Below the pieces are notes generated by a model, which searched no databases, had not been told where the DNA came from, and was given only the letters and a program-made list of their open reading frames with translations. This document shows positions 53,484-64,000 of a stretch of DNA of 64,000 nucleotides, one piece after another (position 1 is the stretch's first letter; the number at the start of each line of letters is the position of its first letter). The translations under genes were made by a program, and so were the position numbers. The DNA comes from Chiloscyllium plagiosum (Eukaryota). The stretch spans positions 20,108,405 to 20,172,404 of the forward strand of contig NC_057740.1 of assembly GCF_004010195.1 (NCBI RefSeq), in the 5' to 3' direction.

Positions 53484-53648
53484 CTGAAAATGTGTTGCTG
53501 AAAAAGTGCAGCAGGTCAGGCAGCATCCAAGGAGCAGGAGAATCGACATTTCGGGCATGAGCTCTTCTTCCTGACGGGCTGTGCTTTTCCAGTAACACGA
53601 TTTTGGCTCTGATCTCCAGCATCTGCAGTCCTCACTTTCTACTCGAAG
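53484..53648. mobile_element. head-to-head Penelope pLTR insertion, same site as 55986-56150
   Basis: Inverted halves gctgaaaaagtgcagc.../gctgtgcttttccag; flanked by taatgcatt(a/t)gaac duplication; absent from units 3-5. Confidence 0.75.
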
Positions 53649-53737
53649 ATAATGCATTTGAACACTGACTACCCATTCATCAATATATAGCATGTGAGAC
53701 AAACAAAGAGTAGGCCGAATATTGACTGGATACCTAC

Positions 53738-54932
53738 CATTTACATGCAGGCTGTCTTTGTCTAATGTGTATGGCCCCAACATCGAAAAATTGTCGGTCT
53801 TATTTTCAACCACATGATACACAAGCACTCTATTGATGTCCTGAATGGTGGAATCATTTTTGAAGGAACACATTGCCGTCACTGTGCTTCTGTCACCATC
53901 GACCATGCTGCAAAATATTGAAAGAAGATTAGCATCAAAGGGAGGAACTTTGAGCCAAAGTAGTCACCATATCACCAATGGAGGGCAATGTTTAGAGGCA
54001 AATCATTTGTCAGCAAAAGAAAACTCTATGCAAGCAACATTTCATTACACATCCATTCACTGTAATAACAACAACTTTTTCCTTCTAGATAACAGTTAAT
54101 TTCTCATTCACTGTAATCTTCAAGATTCAAGTGCAAGATCAGTGTCAATATTACATATAAATTATCATATTTCTTACCTGAGTGATTGAAATCTGCAACT
54201 GGAGAACGTAGCATTTATGCTGCTGTTTTTGAACAGGTCATTGAGCTACAGGGAATAAAATCAAACATAATTACATTACAAAAAAGTAATGTGCAACTAA
54301 AATTTCTCTTTCAAAAAGATTTGTTGAATTATCTCACCTTGTTTGCAATCATGCCTGTCTGATTGGAAGAGTTTGATTCAATGTCTTGGAATGATGGACG
54401 ACTTATAATAAATGTCAGATTATAGTCAGTAAGTATGAGTTCCTCTGTTGGAGTTACAAGTGGAACAACAGCTGTGGAAAAAGAGGAAAACAGTTTATCT
54501 CACACACACAAATACACTGAGGATGCATTGGAAGAACAAGAGCCTATTGCTGAAATAGTGACCAGATTTACGAGGAACAATGGGAGATCCCATGAAAATT
54601 GGTTTAGAGAGTTAATTATGATTCAATCTAGGCCTGCTGTATTGATGACAAGAAAGATGTCAAGTATTAGCCCTGAACTTGTGCAAGCTTACCAGCTTCT
54701 GCATAAGTGCTGACAATTGCAACACACTAACTTTAAACAATACTCATTTACCGAATCAACTATAATATAAACAAGGCAAATTCAAAATAATAAGGTTACT
54801 CTGACTGAATCATCCATTAAATCACAACGTGATCTTGGCAGAATTGAAATAAATGCGGACGGGTAAAAATATTCCAAAAAATAAAGAAAACGAGTTTCCA
54901 CTCACTGGTTACAAGAAGTGCCTCATGGTAAT
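53738..54932 (-). CDS. MUC16: MUC16/CA125-like SEA repeat, unit 1
   Basis: Exons 54932-54906 (27 nt, DYHEALLVT), 54471-54338 (134 nt, TVVPLVTPTEELILTDYNLTFIISRPSFQDIESNSSNQTGMIANK), 54245-54178 (68 nt, LNDLFKNSSINATFSSCRFQSLS), 53907-53738 (170 nt, MVDGDRSTVTAMCSF...LGPYTLDKDSLHVN). All GT-AG, phases 1-1-0-2-1. The symbol means MUC16-like; orthology is unproven. Confidence 0.85.
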
Positions 54933-55395
54933 CTGGAACAAAAAGAGCATCGTGTTGTCAGACAAGTCTATCACAATGTGTCTCATTAAATAAATGTGAA
55001 TGAAATGATGTAATACGATAAAGTAGCCAATCCGATCAATGCCCAGTCTCTGAGAAGACATTTCAGATGAATGTGAGAACGGTCAATGTAAATAACATCA
55101 AGTGAGGAATTTACAGATATTATCATAAATCTGTTATTTTGGGGACACAATTATTTTGAAGTACCACATTATGTTGCCAAATTTCAAATGAGCCAAACTT
55201 TAATTGGCATGTTGTTGAAATGTAATTCTTCATCTGTAATGTTTCTTGCGACCTCCTGTGTGATGTGCAATACGTCATATCATGGTTGTTGGCAGATATT
55301 GCTCTAAATATTACAGCAAATTCCAAACAAATTGAGGACTGAGTTTAACATGTAAATAGCTTCATGTATTTTGAGTGTGCAGGTGTCAAACGATA

Positions 55396-55553
55396 GTAGG
55401 AGAAAGTGAGGACTGCAGATGCTGGAGATCAGAGTTGAAAATGTATTGCTGGAAAAGCGCAGCAGGTCAGGCAGCATCCAAGGAGCAGGAGAATCGACTT
55501 TTCGGACTTTAGCCCGATTCCTGCTGCGCTTTTACAGCAACACATTTTCAGCT
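55396..55553. mobile_element. head-to-head Penelope pLTR insertion
   Basis: ggagaaagtgaggactgcagatgctggag...gctggaaaagcgcagcagg and inverted cctgctgcgcttttacagcaacacattttcagct. Confidence 0.75.
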
Positions 55554-55985
55554 GTTAAAAATAGTGCCAAACTCAAAGAGGAAATGACTGAGAATTTAAT
55601 ACATTTTTCACAATAGTCCCTTTTGCCTTCTTTCTTTCAAGAGGGAAAAGAAATGGAATAAGTTTGAGAGAGATCCAACAATTTCTAAACTCAATTCCAG
55701 AATTATGATTCGGTTTGGGATGCAATACATGGTACACTCCAGTGTAAAAGGAATTTATGGTGCTGACATACTATCTGATTGTTAACAGAATACAGAGAAT
55801 CTCGGCTTAATTCCACAACCTTCACAAATGCAATTTTGAGCTCCAAGAGCTGCTGCATAAATTATATTCATTGTCAGCAAATAAATTGCATGGTCCAACA
55901 TGGATCCTGTTCTTAGGGAACTTAAATTGTGACTTTGCGCATATTCCCTTTCATTACAAGTGGTGCTTGGTATAATGCATTAGAA

Positions 55986-56150
55986 CTGAAAATGTGTTGC
56001 TGGAAAAGTGCAGCAGGTCAGGCAGCATCCAAGGAGCAGGAGAATCGATGTTTCGGGCATGAGCCCTTTTTCCTGACCGGCTGTGCTTTTCCAGCACACA
56101 TTTTCAGCTCTGATCTCCAGCATCTGCAGTCCTCACTTTCTCCTAGAATA
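55986..56150. mobile_element. head-to-head Penelope pLTR insertion (paralog of 53484-53648)
   Basis: Same structure and same target duplication as in unit 1. Confidence 0.75.
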
Positions 56151-56238
56151 TAATGCATTTGAACACTGACTAACCATTCGTCAATATATAGCATGTGAGA
56201 CAAACAAAGAGTAGGCCGAATATTGACTGGATACCTAC

Positions 56239-57425
56239 CATTTACATGCAGGCTGTCTATGTCCAATGTGTATGGCCCCAACATCGAAAAATTGTCGGTC
56301 TTGTTTTCAAACACATGATACACAAGCACTCTATCGATGTCCTGAATGGTGGAATCATTTTTGAAGGAACACATTGCCGTCACTGTGCTTCTGTCACCAT
56401 CGACCATGCTGCAAAATATTGAAAGAAGATTAGCATCAAAGGGAGGAACTTTGATCCAAAGTAGTCACCATATCATCAATGGAGGGCAATGTTTAGAGGC
56501 ATGTCATTTGTCAGCAAAGGAAAACTCTGTGCAAGCAACATTTCATTACACATCCATTCACTGTAATAACAACAACTTCTTCCTTCTAGATAACAGTTAA
56601 TTTCTCATTCACTGTAATCTTCAAGATTCAAGTGCAAGATCAGTGTCAATATTACGTATAAATTATAATATTTCTTACCTGAGTGATTGAAATCTGCAAC
56701 TGGAGAATGTTGCATTTATGCTGCTGTTTTTGAACAGGTCATTGAGCTACAGGGAATAAAATCAAACATATTTAATAAAAGAAAATAGAAACGTGGAACA
56801 AAAATTAGTCCTTCAAAAAGATTTGTTGAATTATCTCACCTTGTTTGCAATCATGCCTGTCTGATTGGAAGAGTTTGATTCAATGTCTTGAAATGATGGA
56901 CGACTTATAATAAATGTCAGATTGTAATCAATAAGTATGAGTTCCTCTGTTGGAGTTACAAGTGGAACAACAGCTGTGGAAAAAGAGGAAAACAGTTTAT
57001 CTCATACACAGAAATACACTGAGAATGTATTGGAAGAAGAAGAGCCTATTGCTGAAATAGTGGCCAGATTTACCAGGAACAACGGGAGAGCCCATGAAAT
57101 TTGATTTCAAGAGTTGATTATTATTCAATCTAAATCTGCTCTATTGATGACAAGAATGGTGTCAAGCTTTCAGCCTGAATTTGTGCAATCTTACCATCTA
57201 TCGCGTAAGTGCTAACAATTGCAAATCGCTAACTTTAAACAATATTCATGTATCTATTCACGAATTAGTCAATCAGTATCAAGCCCAAGATAATCTGGAT
57301 ACTCTGACTGAATCATTCATTAAGTCGCAACATAACATTGGCAGAATTGAGATAAATGTGGACAAGCAGACAATATTCCCAAAAACAATTCTACTCACTG
57401 GTTACTAGACGTGCCTCATGGTAAT
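56239..57425 (-). CDS. MUC16: MUC16-like SEA repeat, unit 2
   Basis: Exons 57425-57399, 56973-56840, 56746-56679, 56408-56239; ends LGPYTLDIDSLHVN. Confidence 0.85.
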
Positions 57426-58405
57426 CTAGAACAAAAAGAACACTGTGGTGTCAAGCAAGGCTATCACAATGTGTCTCACTAAATAAATGTGCAAGAAATT
57501 ATGTAAGACGTAAATAAATGTCAGATTCTGATCAATGCCCAGACTCCGTGATGAATGTCAGAACAGACAATGTAAATAACATCCAGTGAAGAATTTTCAG
57601 AAATTTTTGTGAAAACTGGGTCTTGTGCAATGTTGGGACCACATTTAATTTCAAGAACTATATCACATTTATAAATGTCAAATGAGCCTAAGATTTAATT
57701 GGTATGTTGTAGATGTGTAATTATTAGTCATTAACGTTTACTGCTGTCTCCTGTCAGAAATGTGCAATGTATGATAGCTTTGACAAGAGATTGCTGTAAC
57801 TATGACAGCAAAGTCCCAACAAATTGTGGACTGAGTGTAACATGTAAATACCTTCATGTATCCTGTGTGTGCAGATGTTAAAAATAATGCCAAACTCAAA
57901 GATGAATTGATTCAGAATCTCATCCATTTTATACATTAGTGTCTTTTTTATTTCAAGGGGCCAAAGAAATGGAGTGAGTTGTCTGAGCCACTTTTGAAAG
58001 ACATCAACAAATCTCTAAATTCAATTCCAGAATTATGATTCATTCTTGGATGCGATAGATGGTAGAATCCAACGTAAAAAGATTTTATGCTGCTCAAATA
58101 TTGTCACTTTATTAACACAATACAGATATTCTTAGCATAATCCCACAATCTGCATGAATGGAATTTTTAACTCAGAGACATATTGCATAAATAAAATGCT
58201 TTGTCAGCCAACAAATTCCATGGTCACCATAGACTCTGTCCTTTTGACCAAAATATGTTGGAGAATTTGAATTGTGAATTTTCACATGCTCCCTTAATTT
58301 GCAAGTAGCTCATTGGATAATGTATTAGAACACTGTCTACCTATTCCTCAATACATAGCATGTGAGATAAACAAAGAGTAGGCCAAATATTGACTGGATA
58401 CCTAC

Positions 58406-59620
58406 TATTTACATAGAGGCTGTTTTTGTCCAATGTGTATGGCCCCAATATCGAAGCATCTTTCGTCTTATTTTCAAACACATGATACACAAGCACTCTA
58501 TCGATGTCCTGAATGGTGGAATCATTTTTGAAGGAACACATTGCCATCACTGTGCTTCTGTCACCATCGACCATGCTGCAAAACATGGAAAGAAGATTAG
58601 CATCAAAGGCAGGAACTGTGATCCGATGTAGTCACCATGTCACCACGATAAACATGATGACTTCAATGGAGGACAATTTTTAGAGGGGTATCATTTTTCA
58701 GTAAAGCAAACCTCTTTGCAATCAATATTTCATTCCACATCCATTCTGTGTAATAACAATGACTTCTTCCTTTTGGATAACTGTTAATTTATCATTCACT
58801 GTAAGTTTATGAGAGCAAGACTCAAGTGCAGATCATTGTAAATATTATGTGTAAATTGCAAGATTTCTTACCTGAATGACTGTAATCTGCAGCTGGCAAA
58901 TGTAGCATTTATGCTGCTGTTTTTGAACAGGTCATTGAGCTTCAGAGGAAAAAAAACATTCTCCAGGTTAGGAAACTAAAGAAGTGTGGAATGAAATTTC
59001 CCCTTCAAATAGATGTTATAAAGTTTCTCACCTCGTTTGCAATCATGCCTGTCTGATTGGAAGAGTTTGATTCAATGTCTTGGAATGATGGACGACTTAT
59101 AATAAATGTCAGATTATAGTCAGTAAGTATGAGTTCCCCTGTTGGAGTTACAAGTGGAACTACAGCTGTGGAAAAAGAGGAAAACAGTTTATCTCACACA
59201 CAGAAATACACTGAGGATGCATTGGAAGTACAAGAGCCTATTACTGAAATAGTGGCCAGATTTCAATACGAAATCCCATGAAATTTGATTTCAAGAGTTG
59301 ATTATTATTCAATCTAAATCTGTTGTATTGATGACAAGAAAGGTGTCAAGCTTGTAGCCTGAATTTGTGCAAACTTACCATCTATCGCAGAAGTGCTGAC
59401 AACTGCAAATCGCTAACTTCAAATAATATTCATTTAAGTATTCAAGAATAAATTAATCAGTATAAAGTCCAAGATAATCTGGATACTCTGACTGAATCAT
59501 ACACTAAATCAAAATATAATCTTGGCAGAATTGAGATGAATGTGGACAAGCAGACAATATTCCCAAAGAAAATGAAAGATAGTTTCTACTCACTGGTAGC
59601 AAGACGTGCCTCATGGTAAT
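58406..59620 (-). CDS. MUC16: MUC16-like SEA repeat, unit 3
   Basis: Exons 59620-59594, 59165-59032, 58939-58872 (AAG acceptor), 58575-58406; ends LGPYTLDKNSLYVN (human MUC16: LGPYTLDRNSLYVNG). Confidence 0.85.
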
Positions 59621-59889
59621 CTGGAACAAAAATAACATCATGTTGTCAAACAAGGCTATCACAGTGTGTCTTACTAAATGTGCAAGAAATGAGGTAAGAC
59701 GTTAATGGCAGTAAATCTGACTCCGAGAAGGCCTTTCAGATGAATGAGAGAACAGACAATGTAAATAACATCAAGTGAGGAATTTTCAGACATTTTTGTG
59801 AAAGCTGTTCTTTGTGCAACGTTGGGACCACATTTAATTTCAAGAACATATCACATTGACAAATGTCAAATGAGTCAAACAGTTAACTA

Positions 59890-60415
59890 GGCAAAAGTGG
59901 GTACTGCAGATGTTGGAGATTAGAGTGGTGCTGGAAAAGCACAGCAGGTCAGGCAGTATCTGAGGAGCAGGAAAATCAACGTTTTGGGCAAAATCCCTTC
60001 ATCAGGAATGAATCCTGATGCTGCCTGACCTACTGTGCTTTTCCATCATCACTCTAATTAGATTAGATTTTAGATTAGATTAGATTATTTACAGTGTGGA
60101 AACAGGCCCTTCGGCCCAACAAGTCCACACCGACCCGCCGAAGCGTAACCCACCCAGACCCATTCTCCTACATTTACCCCTTCACCTAACACTACGGGCA
60201 ATTTAGCATGGCCAATTTGCCTAACCTGCACAGTTTTTGTGTTTGTGGGAGGAAACCGGAGCACCCGGAGGAAACCCACGCAGACACAGGGAGAACGTGC
60301 TAACTCCACACAGTCAGTCGCCTGAGGCGGGAATTGAACCCGGGTCTCTGGCGCTGTGAGGCAACAGTGCTAACCACTGTGCCACCGTGCCGCCCACTAA
60401 TCTTGACTCCAGACA
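59890..60415. mobile_element. palindromic Penelope pLTR insertion carrying a nested HE1 SINE
   Basis: gcaaaagtgggtactgcagatg...gctggaaaagcacagcaggtcaggcag...cccttcatcagg and inverted gatgctgcctgacctactgtgcttttcca; resumes after the SINE as taatcttgactccag. Confidence 0.7.
60058..60395 (-). mobile_element. young full-length HE1-type SINE
   Basis: (ttaga)n tail through gccaccgtgccgccc; near-identical to the copy at 19991-20315. Confidence 0.93.
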
Positions 60416-61106
60416 TTTAACTGTTGTAGATGTGTAATTATTAATCTGTAATGTATCCTGCTATGTCCTGTCTGAAATATGATACCATGGTTTTGAGAAG
60501 AGATTGCTGTAACTATGACAGCAAAGTCCCTAAAAATTGTGGACTGAGTGAAACATGTAAATACCTTCTTTATTCAAGTGTGCAGACATTAAAAGATAGT
60601 GCTAAACTCAAAGACAAACTGAATCAGCATTTAACACATTTTACATAATAGTGTCTTTTGTTTTCTTTGTTTCAAGGGGCCAAAGAAATGGAATGAGTTG
60701 TCTGAGCCTCTTCTGACAGAGTTCACAGAATTTCTAAATTCAATTCCAGAATTACGATTCATACTGGGAATCAATAGATGGGAATCCAACGTAATAAACT
60801 TTTATGCTTCTCATGTATTGTTGCTTTATTAACACAATACAGACATTCTTGGCTTAATCCTACAATTTGCATGAATGCAATTTTTGTGTAGATAATATTC
60901 TTTGTCAGCAAAAACATTCCATGGTCACCATAGACTCTGTCGATCTGGCCAAAATATGTTGGATGATTTGAATTGTGACTTTTCCCATGTTCCCTTCCAT
61001 TGCAAGTATTTCATCAGATAATGCATTAGAACACTGTCTACTTATTCCTCAATATATAGCATGTGAGATAAACAAAGAGTAGGCCAAATATTGACTGGTT
61101 AACTAC

Positions 61107-62305
61107 CATTTACATAGAGGCTGTCTTTATCCAATATGTATAGCCCCAATGTCGAAGCTTCTTTTGACTTATTTTCAAACACATGATACACATGCACTCT
61201 ATCGATGTCCTGAATGGTAGAATCGTTTTTGAAGGAACACATTGCCGTCACTGTGCTTCTGTCACCATCGACCATGCTGCAAAACATGGAAAGCAGATTA
61301 GAATCAAAGTTAGGAACTTTGATCCGAGGTAGTCACCGCGTCACCAAGATAAACATGATGACTTCAATGGAGGACACTTTTTACAGGCAAATCATTTGTC
61401 AGCAAAGCAAACCTCTTTGCAATGAACATTTCATTACACATCTATTCCATGTAATTACAGTGACCTCTTCCCGCTGGATAACTGTTAATTTATCATTCAC
61501 TGTAATTTTCTGAGAGCAAGACTCAAGTGCAAGATCATTGTAAATATTATGTATAAATTGAAATATTTTATACCTGAATGACTGTAATCTGCAGCTGGCA
61601 AATGTCGCATTTATGCTGCTGTGTTTGAACAGGTCATTGAGCTACAGAGAAAAAAAAACAAGCATTCTTTAGGTAAAGAAACTAAAGAAATGTGGAATGA
61701 AAATTTTCCTTTCAAATAGATGTTACAAAGTGTCTCACCTCAATTGCAATCATGCTTGTCTGATTGGAAGAGTTTGATTCAATGTCTTGGAATGATGGAC
61801 TACTTATAATAAATGTCAGATTGTAGTCAATACTACTTACTTCCTCTGTTGTTGTTACAAGTGGAGTTGCAGCTGTGGAAACGGAGGCAACAGTTTATTT
61901 CATACAAAGAAATAAGCTGAGAATGTATTGAAAGATTTACCCAGAGCAACGGGAGATCCCATGGAAATTGATTTCAAGAGTTAATTATGATTCAGTCTAA
62001 ATCTGCTGCATTAATGGCTGGAAGGCTGTCAAGCATTCACCCTTAATTTGTGTAAGCTTACCAGCTACCTCATCAGTGCTGACAATTACAGCACGCTAAG
62101 CTCAACCAATCATAGTTTACCTATTCATCTAAACAGTAATCAGTATTAAACTCAAGATAATCTGATGATAGTCTTGATGAATCATTCATTAAATGAGAGC
62201 ATATACTTCACCAGAAAACCTAAAAATATGCACAAGCTGAAAATATTTTAGAAAAAGATGAAATGTGTGCCTACTCACTGGTTATAAGACGCACCTCATG
62301 GTAAT
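61107..62305 (-). CDS. MUC16: MUC16-like SEA repeat, unit 4
   Basis: Exons 62305-62279, 61872-61739, 61641-61574, 61276-61107; ends LGLYILDKDSLYVN. Confidence 0.83.
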
Positions 62306-63263
62306 CTAGATACAAAAGAGGATTGAGTGGTCACACAAAGTTATGACAATGTGTCTCACTAATTAAACATACAATAATTAAACTATCACAATAATCGTAA
62401 CTAATCTAATCAATGTCAACAATTCTAAGAATAGCTTCAAGATGAATGTAAGAACTGACAGATGTAAATTTCATCCAGTGAGGAATGTTTAGGCATTGTT
62501 ATGCAGACTTTTATTTGAGCAGTGTTAGGAGCACTTTGGCAATTTTGCCATCACTTTCATAGCAGTCAAAAAAGCTGGCTTGTTGTTGATGTGTAATTAA
62601 TGATCTGTAATAGTTCCTATTTCCTGTCTGTAATGTGCAACAAACCATATCATGGCTTTAGGAACATATCACTGCAAATATTATAGCAAATTTAACAATA
62701 TGTTATTGGTCTGTGTCTATTATGCAAAAAAAAATCTTCATTTATTCTGCATGTGTAGCCAGCTTCAAACTGAATGAGAAGTTAATATATTTTTGGTAAT
62801 GGTCTCTTTTGGCTTCTTTCTTTCAAAGGTATGAGAAATGGAATAAGTTACCTGAGCCTCTTTTGAAAGAGTTCAAAAAGTTCCCATCTCAGTTACAGAG
62901 TAATGATTCCTTCTGGCATGCAACAGATGGTAATAAGAATTTATGTTTCTGTCATATTGTCATATTATTAACACAGTACAGAGGCTTGTATGACGAATAT
63001 ACAATCTCCATGAATGCAATTTCAGGCTTAGGTAGGTATTGGGTAAATGATATTTTGTGACAACAAAAAAAATTGAACTGTCTACCACAGAATTTGTCCT
63101 TCCAATCAACAAATGGTGGAGCATTTGAATTTGACTTTGTACATGTTCCCTGCCATTGCAAGTGGTGCTTGGTATCATGCATTAGAATACTGCCCAGCTA
63201 TTCATGAAAACCTATTGTGTGTGACAAACAAATAATTAAGCTGAATATTGACTGGATAACTAC

Positions 63264-64000
63264 CATTTACAAAGAGGCTGTCATTGTCCAATGTGTATGG
63301 CCCGAACTTCGAAACATCTTTGGTCTTATTTTCAAACACATGATACACAAGCTCTCTGTCAACGTTCTGAACAGTAGAATCATTTTTGAAGGAACATATT
63401 GCTGTCACTGTGCTGCTGTCACCATTGATTATGCTGCAACAAAATCAAAAGATTAACTTGAAAGGCAGGTACTTTGATCTGTTGTAGTCACCACATCACC
63501 AATAAAGGCATGATAACTTCAGTTGTGAATACTTTTAAAAGAAGACTTATTTGTCCACAAAGCAGAGCTCTGTGTGATGTGTATTTCTCTGCCCATCCAT
63601 TTTTTGTAATAACAATGGCCTTTACCTTCAGGGTATCTGTTAATTTTGCATTAAGTGCAATGCTCTGTGAGCAAGACTCAACTTCAAGATCATTGTAAAT
63701 ATTACACGTAAATGACAATATTTTTTACCTGAATGACTGAAATCTGCAGCTGGCGAATGTAGGATTTATGGTGCTGTTTTTGAACAGATCATTGAGCTAC
63801 AGGGAAAGAAAATAAAACATACTTTTGATTGAGAAACAAAAGAAATTTGGAATGAAAATTTCCCCTTCAAATCAATTTGTCAAATTATCTCACCTCATTT
63901 GCAATCATACTTGTCTGATTGGAAGAGTTTGATTCAATATCTTGGAATGATGGGTCACGTATAATAAAAGTTATGTTATAGTCAATAAGATTTGATTCCT
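63264..64000 (-). CDS. MUC16: MUC16-like SEA repeat, unit 5 (partial, runs off window)
   Basis: Exons >64000-63894, 63796-63729, 63433-63264 (SIINGDSSTVTAICSFKNDSTVQNVDRELVYHVFENKTKDVSKFGPYTLDNDSLFVN). Confidence 0.83.

Larger units (their letters stand above)
53237..64000 (-). repeat. tandem array of SEA-encoding genomic units (~2.2-2.7 kb), >=5 copies, open at both ends
   Basis: Exons and introns recur; sequence at 53237 matches 55755, so the array continues into the gap. Confidence 0.95.

Noticed and set aside
53845-61513. Repeated + strand ORFs MVESFLKEHIAVTVLL...
   Set aside because: Antisense to the 170-nt SEA exon; repeated only because the unit is duplicated.

Overview
Vertebrate genomic DNA, very probably from a shark or other elasmobranch (many HE1-type tRNA-derived SINEs plus CR1, L2, RTE and Penelope retroelements). 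It contains four N-gaps: 20523-20845, 41909-42002, 48656-49597 and an exactly 500-N gap at 52737-53236. Bases 1-33000 are mostly decayed, nested transposons: a pogo/Tigger element split by a 2.7 kb CR1, Harbinger remnants, Penelope fragments with hammerhead-like motifs, and a 29-bp G-rich minisatellite. The right half holds a multi-exon mucin locus that the ORF track misses because the exons are short. It has three parts. (i) A candidate signal-peptide exon at 33531-33600 (+). (ii) About 10 tandem ~1.42 kb genomic units at 39.4-52.7 kb (+), each with three symmetric phase-1 Ser/Thr-rich cassette exons (A 162/165, B 147, C 171 nt). (iii) At least five ~2.2-2.7 kb tandem units at 53.2-64 kb (-), each splicing to a 133-aa MUC16/CA125-type SEA repeat from 27+134+68+170 nt exons. 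The PTS and SEA blocks point toward each other across the 500-N gap, so they may be one MUC16-like gene with a mis-oriented scaffold join or a real inversion. A decayed inverted copy of the PTS unit lies at 37.8-38.6 kb. All splice structures were read by eye and have no transcript support.
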